Assembly: GCF_009914755.1 (NCBI RefSeq)
Contig: NC_060926.1
Length of the DNA stretch: 64,000 nt
Direction: 5' to 3' (one strand)
From: the human T2T-CHM13v2.0 reference genome, Homo sapiens
Each line of letters opens with the position of its first letter. Position 1 is the first letter of the stretch. Under the pieces are notes generated by a model. The model saw only the letters and a list, made by a program, of their open reading frames with translations. It made no database searches and was not told the DNA's origin. Below, piece after piece: positions 43,047 through 57,190 of this stretch. The translations under genes were made by a program, and so were the position numbers.

Positions 43047-44859
43047 TCCATTATAAGGAATGAACCAGGAAATAGTATGGCGTACCCTTCATTGGACACC
43101 ATACCTCTCCAAGGACCTCAGTCCACGGTATTAACTCACTTCAGTTTGGTTGAAAACTAATTGTTCGGTACTTGCTATGTTTTGTATTGAAGTCTAAAAT
43201 ACAGAGCCAATTAAAAAACAGTTCTTATTGTGAGCATCCAGCCTAGAAATGAAAGCAGGCACATAATTGATATTCAATGCAGTGTACTAGGGAGGAATGC
43301 TCACACTTCAGTGAAGACACAGATAAATGAGCGATCGAATCTACGTGAGTAGGTCAGTAATGATCTCCTACCCCAGAATATTAGTTGACCCATGTTTACT
43401 GATGAAAAAAGCCAGATAAAACATAGCAGATATTGGACATTACAGGTAGAGAAAAAGCAATAGGCAAAGACATAAAAACATTAGCAAGCATGTGAATGTA
43501 TGCATACATTCATGGCAATACTAATTTTTAAATATGGTTTAACTTTCCATCAAAGTAACACATAAGTTTAAAGAGTCATTTCATCCTGCAAAGCTAATAC
43601 AATACTGCAGATCCTAACCATTGTACTCTGTACAGAATCAAATATATTTGACTGTTTGAACTCATTCTGTTAGTGTTACCTCCATCTTGATAAATGGCGT
43701 GCTTATATAACCACTTATTGATTTTTCAGTTTTAGCCCTTATCTATGAACTTTGTAGCATAGAAGATGATAACTGAACTTATGTTTTCTTACCTAATGTT
43801 ATTCTCTGTCTCAGACAATTACACAGACAAACAGACACTCCAGTTCAACTTTCAAATGTAGTTATAACATATATTTAAAACAATATTGAATTCTTATTAC
43901 TCTATTAGGTACATTGTATTTTGCTTACTATTTTTTCAAACTTTTAGTTTTCCCCTAGCACTTTTAGTAGCTGAATATATAATTATTCATTTAACCCTCA
44001 TAACAATTATATGAGGTGGTATTGTTATATTTTTATGTGTACCTTATAGATGAAGAAAATAAGTCTTTATTAATTGTCCAAAATCACACAGCTAGAAAAT
44101 GGTATAACGGTATTGGAACACAAGAATTCAGCTCCAGAATCCACTTGTGTGCTTAACCACAATTTTATGCTGATTCTTAGTTGTGATAGCTTTTGCTGAT
44201 ATTGTTTTTTTATTTTCTTAGCTTTAGCAGTCATCCTATATTTACTTTAAATTGAACTCCAATTATGTAAATCTCTCTCTACTCTTCCAATCCCATTACG
44301 TGTTCTATTAATTTTATCTTCCGACTAGAGCCTTCTCATTGTCTTTAGTCAAAACTGGCTGTTCTTGAATTTTTCCTGTCTGTTATACATTCTTAAATTA
44401 AAATAATTCTTTCTCGTTATTTTTTACTTAAACCCTTTGCTCTATGTAAACTGCATATTTTTAAATTGTGTTTTTTAATGGTAACTCATTATTTCAATGA
44501 GATTTTATTTTTTATTTTATTGTGGTTTGGGTGTGTTTTATGTCATTTTTTATTAGAACTTGATAATCTTTCGCTATTTCCTCATATGCAAGGCGGGATT
44601 TCTGAAAGTTAAATGGAAGTTCTGGTGTGTCTTTGTCTTCCCTCTGGTCTCTGCTAATAGGTGATCTCCTTAAAGTTTTACTCACCGAAACTCTGATGTT
44701 ACTCTCATTCCAGTGTCTGTTTCTGGGGATCTCAAGCTCTTTGCACAGTATATTCACTTTTACTTAATCTTCAGTATTGAAATAGTACCCTCTCCCTAAA
44801 CTTGGCAACTTTGAACAATTTTCTATGAAGCATAAACTTTCTGCCTTTGTCTCAGTGGG

Positions 44860-45130
44860 TGTCTTCATTTTTGTGCTGCTATAATAGAATACTGAACATT
44901 TGGGTAGTTTATAAAGAACAGATTTATTTCCTATAGTTTTGTTGGCTTCAAAAACCAATATTAAGGCACCGACAGGTTTGGTGTCTGGTAACGGCTTGTT
45001 CCAACTTCTGAGATGGTGCCTTGAGCACTGCATCCTTCAGCAGGGAGAACACAGTCCCTCACGTGCCAGACAGCAAAAGGACTGGAGAAGGTAAGAGAGG
45101 CAGAACTCACCCTTTTACACCAGCATCAAT
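44860..45130 (-). mobile_element. MSTC/MSTD-like MaLR LTR, partial
   Basis: TGCTGCTATAATAGAATAC...AAGGCACCGACAGGTTTGGTGTCTGGT...AGATGGTGCCTT. Confidence 0.8.
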
Positions 45131-45134
45131 TATA

Positions 45135-46290
45135 CTTAGTTTTATGAATCACTTTTTTTCAACACTAAGATGTAGGTTATGTGTGGAGTTTCTTTGTTTC
45201 CCTTTTTTAAAAAAAAATTATCAAATTGTTTCTATACCTCTTGCTGAAAGAATTCTTCCTCTATTCAATTGCTCTTATACATTTGGAAAATTCTTTGTCT
45301 TGTTTGTTTACCTATTTCTGGGTTCTCTATCACTATTCTTTGCTCTATATGTCTCTCATTTGTCCAATATCACTGTCTTGACTGTTTTAGCTTTGCAGTC
45401 ATTTATTAAATCAGATAATGTGAGTCTCTAAAATCTTACTCCTAAGAATTATTTTGGCTATTCCACTACTGATGCTATTCCATGTACATTTTAAAATCAA
45501 AATTTTTATAACTAAAAAAAAGTGTTCTGTAATTTTGAATATGATTTCACAGAATCTATAGAATAAATGAGAAAAACTGACATACTATGTTGTCTTCCAA
45601 TCCATGAACATGATATGTATCTCCATTTATTTAGATCTTCACTGATTTCTTTTATTAATGTTATGTTACTTTATGCCAAAAATGTTTAGACATATTTTGT
45701 TAGCATTATACAAATAAAGTATTCCATAGGTTTTAATGTCATTGTAAATGGTATATTATTTTTAATTATCTATTTTTATTTCTGGCATATAAGGATATAG
45801 CTGGATTTTGTATATTGACTTTATTTTCTGTGACCTTGCTAAACACACCTAAATTGTTTAGATACTTTTAGCTACCTTGTTTGTTTTACAGTATCCTCTT
45901 TCTCACGTCTGTATGATTTGTAATAATGTCACTTTTTCTTTTCTTACAGAAACTTTTTTCTTTTTCTTTTTTCTCTCTTTTTTCTTTTTTTCCTTTTTAT
46001 CCATTAGTGTTGCTTGAGGGTTATACTTTTATTAATTTTTCAAATAATTAACTTTTGACTGTGTTGCTTCCTCAGTTAAATTTTGGTTTTCTATTTTATT
46101 GATTTCTACTATCATCTGATTTATTGTTTCTTTCTAGTCTTAACATTTGATTTATTGTTGGTTTTTTTTAGATTTTCGACATATAGTTAAGTAATTGATT
46201 TTTAGTCTGTATTATTCAAGGCTACAGATTTCCTGCTAAACACTTTCTTAGCTTCATGCCACAAATTTTAATTTGCTATATTAGTATCTA
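45135..46290 (-). mobile_element. Old L1M ORF2 fragment
   Basis: TCTTCCAATCCATGAACATG...CTCCATTTATTTAGATCTTC...GACCTTGCTAAAC is antisense L1 ORF2. Confidence 0.75.
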
Positions 46291-49200
46291 ATTTGTTTAT
46301 TTTGCTACTGAAAATCCAAGTAAGATATCAGGTGAAAAGCTAGGTTCATAAATTTATTGTGTACATGAGCTGTCTTAACTGAGATATAAATTTGAAAGTC
46401 ACCAGCATAAAATATTAATTAAAGTCAATAGAATAAATATGATTTTAAAATAGTACGTGTAGACAGAAAAGAAATTTTTTCAAGCATTCATTCCTATAAC
46501 AAATCAACATTAAAATGTCAAGGAGGTCAAATGAACCAGCAAAAATGTCTAAGAATGAACGGCCAATGAAGGAGAGAAATCAGAAGAGTGTAATGTATTG
46601 AGAGCTTAACTGTAATTGTTTAAAAATAAAGCCTTATTACTTTTCCCATAAAAAAGTAGATCCTATTTTTCATCTGCTTATGTTTGAATTGGATCTGTGA
46701 CTTGGTTTGACTACTGAAATTGGCAGAATTCATAATTTCAGGCTTTTGAAGGTATGTTTTAAAAGATTTTTGAATGCATGTTGATGGTCTTCAAATGCTT
46801 ACTTTAGGACCATTGCCTTGAGACTGCCAGTTTGTAAGAATACTCAAGCTATTTATAAAGAGAAACCATGCGGAGGAGACCTTATGCACCTCAGCTATAG
46901 TCCCAGCTATATGTTTGTGTGTATGTGTGTGTGTGTATATGCATCACTTCCAATCTGCAACCTGGAAATATACATATGTGTTTTGCTCTCCTTGGAAAGC
47001 TGTGGTATCTTTTTTAAAAATTACAACATTCTCTTTGTTTCACACCCTTTTGTGAAATTGTTGTGAAATTATCTATATTTTTAAAAGATTGTTCTTTGCA
47101 TTTTATCTAGTGTTTCTAGGTATTTGCAGCAGGGGTTTTCAAGTTATTTTGTCAATGATTTTGCCAGACATAGAAATTCTGTGTGTGAGAGATATTAGGA
47201 AAGTTAGTTTTTATTTTGAGCCACTGTTTCTCAATCTGTAATATTGAGATAGCAATATAAACCAAATAGAACTGTTGTGAAAATTAACAAGATGATGCAT
47301 AAAGATTATTTCTTTAAATGTTAGTTTATTTATTTATGAAAAATTTTGTTCCCTACATTTATACTAAGTGACCAGTAACTACCAAATGTGAATTGTGTTA
47401 TATAATTTGCAAATCAAGAAAGTTAATACACTTTAGTCATGCCTTTTTTCTCCAAAGTCCCAATAGATTTATCTTGTCACAATATGAATTTTGAAATACA
47501 CATCAAGTGTATTTGGATAAGACTTGGTAAAATTTGTTATAATAACCTTCTTAAGTGATTATTCAGATCCAATGACACCTGAAGTCACTGAGGTAGAGGT
47601 CTCCATTGCCATAACTCCATGTCTAATATCTGTTGTGTAACTAACTGTCAATTTATAACATAAGAATGTGTGACACACAGTGAGCACCCTGAGTTTAATA
47701 AAGATGTGGGCACAGTACCACAGAATATTCATGAAATTTTATTTTAAATATGCTTTGAAAATATAGTGAAGATTACAAGTATAATGATAATGATATTTTT
47801 AAAATTCTGATTTTCTGTTACAGGTTTCCTACTACATTTACATAATTTAGAGTCAGATGATTTTTTTTTTGAGGCGCAAATTTTATCACTTACAGTCTGC
47901 AATCTGGAAATCAATAGTGTTCTCTTGGCACCTCCTAACATCATAAGCAATTAAACACTTGAAATATAAACTTAGCTTAAAATTGTGTTGACAAGTGAGT
48001 TGGCCACAGCTGTCTTAGAATCTGCAGCCAACAACAGTAAGAACATATTTTTGAGGAAAGTGATCAGATGTGACTAAAGTGCAAGACACATCAGAAACTA
48101 AATTATTCAGTTACTGAACAGAGAAGTAAAATTTAAGTAAGTATTTTTGTCCCTCGAATTCATCTTGAAGAATTACAAATGTGAGAGGAAAACATTACTG
48201 TGCATTCTCATACTCAAATTTCAAATGTCATCAAAAATAAAAGAAGCAACTCTGTCTCATAGTAAATGTTGAATAAACATGCATAAATTTATTTAATGAG
48301 CACAAACTAATGCTGTCTTTTACATAGGTAATCATTAATTTAAACAAATGTGAATTAATATTTATTTTACTTAATTTGTTTAAAAGTTAACAGTCACTCT
48401 GTGAGGCATTGACATTTCATTTTCCGTGTGCCTTATTTCATTTAGTCCTCATTACAAAACTATAAGTTATATAATGAGGCACAAAAGTTTAAGTAATACA
48501 TCCAAATTCATATAATGAATAAATCATAGAATAAAGATTTCTTCCTGGGCAATATGGCACTTACTGTCTTCACTTACTGTCTCCATATGAAAAGGAGATA
48601 CAAAGAGAATAATGCCCTAGAGAAGCAGATACATTGCTAAATGAAAATGATGACAATATTTCTAATCCTGAAGATTACTGTTTACATTGGGAAACTTGGT
48701 ATATGTATTGTGATCATATGGTGTGTGTGTGTGTGTGTGTTCGTGTCTATGTGTTTGTGTTTTGCTCAAGCTGTTGCTCTCAGGTTATCGGATTTTGACA
48801 GGAGGGCCTTTCCGTACATATACTGAAAGACAGACTATAAAAAAAGTACTCTCCCTTATGCAGCATAACGTTAAACAAGTTTTGCTACTAAACATGGGGT
48901 AGTGCCTTAAATTGAAGACCAGCCACGGAAAGTGTACTGTCACATGTTGAAATTGTCTTAGTATCTGTGAGGCTGGCACATGCACCCTAAGACATGATAA
49001 GGTTTTTCCTAGCAACAAGACTTCAACTAGCAATCACTCTGTGAAGAAGTTCATAGTGAGGTAGGGCAAAAGAAGAAAAAGATTTATTTTTCTCTCCCTG
49101 TCAACTATACATCTATAAGGCTTAGACTCCTTCCTAGCAATATGGAGATGTCAGGAGTATGCCTGGAGGTAGGTCTTTTCAAATTGGTAACATCAAGAGA

Positions 49201-49365
49201 CAGAGAAGGAGCTAGAGATTCTGTGATCTCCAGATCACAAATTACACAAACGGGCTTCAAGAGTGACCATTTCTAGGAGTATATGAAAGCATTTATTAGA
49301 TTTGTATGCCTACATCATATTTTCATTCAAACTTTTGACTATTAGAGAATGCAGTTTTCCCCCTC

Positions 49366-49436
49366 TGAGTCATGCAGATGTGTTAGCAGTGGCCATTTCA
49401 CAGGAAGTGTCTGCGGGATGCAGAACTGTGACCACA
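49366..49436. promoter_or_regulatory. Candidate enhancer motif cluster (AP-1, E-box, YY1-like, ETS, RUNX)
   Basis: TGAGTCA 49366, CAGATG 49375, GCCATTT 49392, CAGGAAGT 49401, ACCACA 49431, in non-repeat sequence. Confidence 0.4.
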
Positions 49437-50489
49437 CAAGGACAGTGGCGTTTAGAAGCAAAACAACATTTAAATATTAATCTATTATATTTTAATGGAA
49501 AAGTACAAATGTTTGCACTTACAGCTTTTTTAAGACTTATTGACAATGTATTAAATACAAAAAAAAAGAAACTGATGTTCAGAAAATGTAATGACAGTCT
49601 AAGAAAGCATACGGATTTAGTAGTGGTGGGCCCATTAAGAAGGCTCACAGTACTCTTATCCATAGCCATATATTTTTATCGAAATTACTGAAGTTTAGAT
49701 CTCTGGTGTGTTTTGAACTTATAAATTAATAAATCTAACATTGGACCTTCCATCAATAAGAACAACAAATCTCTGTCAATTCTAAGTTTGAGCTTTACTT
49801 ACTACTCAGTAGGAAAGAAGGGGAATATAACCACTGACTGTTTACATCAATATTTAAAAATGCTAAAGTGCTGTCTTTACTCTGCTTTTAAACATCTCTA
49901 GGAGTCAATTTTTTTTCTTTTCTATTTTCTTACAATGCATCATTCAAAGATCAATTTTGTGTGTTAATAAAAGCATTTTAGATGAAATAATTTCTACTGG
50001 GCTTTAAAATTATTTATTGAATTTCACTAGATTTTAACAAAGCACATTGTGAATGATTATATTAAAGCACTTACATTATTGTGTATTTTTTGACAACTTC
50101 ACTGCTAGCATAACCAGCATTTGAGAAAACCAACACACTAAATAAATCTATTACGGTAATTTTTAATCTAAATACCCTTCCCTTCATTGTTTGGTAGGCC
50201 CCCGAGTAGAATGGGAGAGCTCCAGATGCAACTGACTAACTGAAGATGTCACAAAGGCTGAATCTTCTATGCTACACTTTGGATCACTAGAAGGACCAGA
50301 GTGTAGTCAACGATGTGTAAACAACTGAGAAAAACTTTTCTCTGGAAACAACTGTGATTTTGAAATTCAGTGGTTTCTTCTTTCTAGCTGAGAAACATTG
50401 AGCAAGTCACTGCAATAACATGGAATCCAGCTGCTTTATCTGGTGAATTAGGATAATTCATAGTGTACAACTAGGATTACAATTAATTT

Positions 50490-50960
50490 ATCAGTTAATA
50501 TTGCTGCAAAGAAAATCATTCTATAAGTTAATGGCTTAAAACAACGATTATTTAATACACTTTTTCTCTGTGGGTAAACCGTGTGGTTTCTCTAGTCTGG
50601 GTTAGTTAGTTTGGGCTTGGATGACTTAGAATGTTCTCAGTCACACATCTCTGGCCTCTGCTGGGGTGTCTGGGAAAGCTGAACTCCTTGTTTTCATGGG
50701 CTGTCACTCTGGGAGTTAGCTTAAGGTTATACTTATGATAGAAAAGTTCCCAGAAGCAAAAGCGAGTCAGCCTTAATGTGCAAGCACTTCTTAGCAACCT
50801 GCTTCCATTAGGGTTGCTAAAATCCCGTGGGCTGAAGTAAGTCATAGGACCAAGCAGAAATGAGGTGGGAAAATAAACTCATTTTCTTCACAGGAGCAGC
50901 CTCAAAAAGTCTGTGGTCACAAACTCTTCACTTTTTTTTTTTTTTTTTGCAGTTTCCAAC
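50490..50960 (-). mobile_element. MLT1 (H/I/J-like) LTR
   Basis: TATCAGTTAATATTGCTGC...TGGCTTAAAACAACG...CTCAGTCACACATCT...AAGTAAGTCATAGGACCAAGC. Confidence 0.7.
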
Positions 50961-51824
50961 AGGGTAGATTTGAGTATTAGTGAAAACGAATGCAAAGTGT
51001 TTGTCATGTAGTAAGAACTAAATACATTTTATAATTGTTAATGTGTTTTACCAGCCATACTTTTTATCATCCTATGATTTAACAAACATGCATTAAGAAA
51101 ATGTGTGGGTAAGGCTGCTTCAATTATAATCACTTGAGTCCTTTAAGGTTCTGCTTATGTTATAAAGGATATAGAAAGTCATCCCAACATACTGACTCTC
51201 CCAAATGTATTTTGTTTTGGATTTCCCAACTATATCACAGCCTGTTACGAACACTTAGTTACATAAGTACATTCCATCTTATGTCTTCATTTACTTATTT
51301 CATGACTTAAGTTTTATACCAACTCCTCCCTAGTTAGATTTTAATCCCATTGAGTAAAAAGACGGATTATATTTATCTGACATAATTAGGACTACCTAGT
51401 ACAGCATTGGATCTGAATTTTAGATTCTAAACAAGAATATTAATATCAACTTCCCAACTCTATTATATATACCACTGCATTCAATATATACCAATCTAGT
51501 ACAGTTAACATCGTAGGTAGCATTGTGACATGAGCCCTCAAATAGGTAGACAATCCTGGGATTGAGTACTGGGTCTGTGAATAGCTTTGTGACCATGGAC
51601 AATACTAAGCTTCTCTGAGCTTGTTTTCTGTTATAGCAAGAAGAAAAATATATTTTATAATGATAATGTTAAAACAAAAATGTCTTGCTAATATGGATTG
51701 GATTTGTGTCCCTGCCCAAATCTCATGTTGAATTGTGATCCCCAGTTTTAGAGAGGTACCTGGTGAGAAGTGATTGGATCATGGAGGAGGATTTCCCCCT
51801 TGCTCTTCTCATGACAGTGAGTGA

Positions 51825-53968
<2,144 letters not shown>

Positions 53969-54120
53969 AAGACATGCCTGCTTCCCTTCACCTTCTGCCA
54001 TGGTGTAAGTTTCCTGAGGCCTCCCCAGCTATGCTTCCTGTACAGCCTGCAGAGCTATGAGCCAGTTAGACCTTTTTTTAATAAATTATCCAGTCTCAGG
54101 TAATTCTTTATAGCAAAGCA

Positions 54121-54174
54121 AGAATGGATTAATACACTGGCAAAGTAAGAATGGACTAATACTCTGGCAAAGTA
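54121..54174. repeat. 27-bp tandem duplication across the LTR 3' end
   Basis: AGAATGGA(T/C)TAATAC(A/T)CTGGCAAAGTA twice. Confidence 0.95.
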
Positions 54175-54498
54175 AAAATAATTGATCCCACTACATATTT
54201 GTTCTCACATTACTTTTCTTAACATATCTTATAGTAGCTCATCTATTTGCAATTGTTCATATAATTTCTTCAACCCCAAATATGCACATTGCATCTCACA
54301 CCCTTCAGTTACTTTCACATCCAAGTAATCTTTATGCCTCCTCTACATTTCAAGCTGATATTTTTTTTCTGCTTCCAAACACCTAAACATTCTAGTAATA
54401 CTACTTAATGCTATAATTATGCTCTCCATATACTTTAACATTTAAAAATAAAGTTAATTAAGGTTGCGATGCATGCTTATCTTAAAAGTAATGGATTA

Positions 54499-57190
54499 GA
54501 AGCACTTCCAGAATAATATAGTAAGGGCAATTGACTTACAAGCAATGAGAACACTAGCAAAAATTGTCAAAATTAACCTTCAGAACTCTGTAAATTAACA
54601 AAGATTTGCAATAGTCTGGTGAGCCTTCATTTAAGAAAGATGGCTGAACTTCAGTCGAAACAGTTTGCTTTTTAGTGTTTTAACTTGTCCTGATGCCAGC
54701 TCCTTCTCCTCAGCTTTGGGGTAGTTTTGGAAGCCAACAACTTTGCAACCATAGTGCTTGCAAAAAGAGCAAACTAGAAGCCAGAGGAGGAACTAGAATT
54801 CATATGAACCTTCTCCAAAAGCCAAAACACTAATGAATTGTGATTATTAATCCTTTCTGGAGTCTTCCTGTAACAATGACATTCATAAGACTTGTCTCTA
54901 TTTATCTTAACTCTGTGCTTGCCCAGTGCAAACAGTCCTATTCCCAGGAAATTTGTTGAAAAAAATCAGTGGCAATTGTTTAATACTGTAACTTAATGAA
55001 ATGGCAACCACTTGGGGCAGATGAAACATTGGCCATAAAACTTCAAACTCAAACTTGAAGAATGAGGTGTCCACAGAGGGCTTTGGATAACTCTGACATA
55101 TTCCCGAGACTATAGAAGACTACTCACAAGTGCACAGGTGTATGCATGTCCTGGAAAGACCTTAGGAGGCTGTAATCTCTCACCATGGGCTGACTTGAGG
55201 AGTTTCACACAAGAAATTAAGGTTAAAGAATTGCAAACTGCTGGAGCACTGAAGGCATGCCCCAGCATCCACACAGAGCCCCTTAACAAGGGCTAGTGAC
55301 TTACTCGGTCAAGAAATTTAAAAACGTTATTGTCTAACCATTATATGACAACTAATATAACAATTAGAAAAAAAAGGAAATAAAATACGTCTATATTGGA
55401 ATGGAAGAAGTAAAACTGTTTGCAGATGACATGATTTTATACATAGAAAATCCTAAAAAACCCACAAAAAGAGTTTTAGAAGTAATACTATTAGACATAT
55501 TAGAATAAATTATGTCCACAAGATTGTAATATACAAGATACATATACAAACATCAATTGTGTTTCTATATATCAATTAACAACTTAAGATAAAATTAAGA
55601 AAACAATTTCCTTTTAATGCCTTCAAGAGATTTACATATTTGTGAATAATCTTAACAAAATAAGTTTAGTTCTTGTGCATAGAAAACTATAATAATCATC
55701 AAAATAAATTAAGAACCTATGAAATAGAAAGGCATCCCATTTTCATTATTCAGAAACAAATATTATTAAGATAACAATACTGCCAAAGTTAATACAAATT
55801 CATCACAGTCTCTGATAAAATCCCAGTTGAAATTTTTGCAGAAATTTGATAGCTGTCTCTAAAATTCATGTCAAAACTTAAGGAGCACAGAATGGCCAAA
55901 GTAATTTTGACAAAGGATAGAGTTGGAGAAGTCATATCTCCAAGTTTCAAAACTTACTACAAAGCTGTGGCAATTAAGATAGTGACATATTGGCATATGG
56001 ATAAAAATACAGAATAAAGAAATAGAATTAAGTAGTCAGATAAAAATCTTTACATTTTTGATAAATTAATTTATAACAAGGGTTCCAAGACCATTCAATG
56101 GGGGAAGAAAAATCATCTCAACAACTGTAGCAGGTATATCTGGATATCCATATATAAAAAAATAAATTAATTAAGTTGGACCCCTCACTTCATTCCTCAG
56201 ACAAAAATTAACTTTAATTTAGAAGCAAATTAATTTTAAATTAAATTTAAAAGTTTTAAATTTAATTTAAAAATTAAATTTAAAAATCATATATTTGATA
56301 GTAAAATTTAGTATCCAGAATATATAAAAAACTCTTCCATTAAACAATAAGAAAAAAACTCAATCAAAAAATGAGCAAATACTTTGAAGAGATAATTCAC
56401 CAAAAAAGATACACAAATGGCCAATATGCACATGAAAAGATGCTCAACGTTATTAGCTATTAAAAACGCAAATCAAAACTACTATAAATTACTACTTCAC
56501 ACACCACTAAGTAATTAAAAAGAAAGCATTAACAAGTCCTGGGAAGAATGTTAAAAAGTAAATTCCCCATATGCTGCTGGTCTGAATGTAAAATGGAACA
56601 GTCACTTTGAAACACAGTTTGGCAATTCCTCATTAGAATAAACAGAGTTGTCATATAATAAATCAGTTTCATATCTCAGTATAGCCCCTAAAGGAAGTAA
56701 ACTTTATGCCCACAAAGTTTTTCTACACAAATGTGCACAGCAACATTATTCATAAAAGCCAAAAAGTGCCAACAACCCAAATTTATAAATTTAAACTAAA
56801 CAAAATTGGGTTTATTAATTTAATAAGATTAAGCATAAAAATGAAGTACTGATACAATTACAACATATATAAAAACATTATACTACATGAAAGAAGCCAG
56901 TCACAAAAGGCCACTCATTGTATGAGTCCATTTATATAAAATGTCCAGAATAGGAAAATTCATAATGACTGAAAATATATTAGTGGTTTCCAAGGGCCAT
57001 GGGGAAGAGGGAATGGGGAGTTACTGCTAATGGGTATGGGGTATCCGTTCGAAGTAATGAAAACATTCTCAATTTAAATATCAGTGAGGTTGGCATAATT
57101 CTGTGAATATAGTTATACCCAATACATTCTCAATCATAACAGTGAATTTTATGGTATGTAAATTGTATATCAATAAAATTGTTATCAAAA
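54499..57190 (+). mobile_element. L1MB-like element: 5' region fused to ORF2 RT/3' part and 3'UTR
   Basis: TTTGCAGATGACATG (FADDM) at ~55420; L1MB-type 3'UTR ending TATATCAATAAAATTGTT. Degenerate TSD AAAAGTAATGGATTA (54484-98) / AATAATAACAGATTA (57191-205). Confidence 0.8.
56234..56272. repeat. Perfect AT-only palindrome, 19-bp arms with a 1-nt spacer
   Basis: TTTTAAATTAAATTTAAAA-G-TTTTAAATTTAATTTAAAA. Confidence 0.95.

Noticed and set aside
49302-49691. Overlapping 129-aa and 99-aa ORFs on opposite strands
   Set aside because: No recognisable protein, and the + ORF starts at TTG; consistent with chance.
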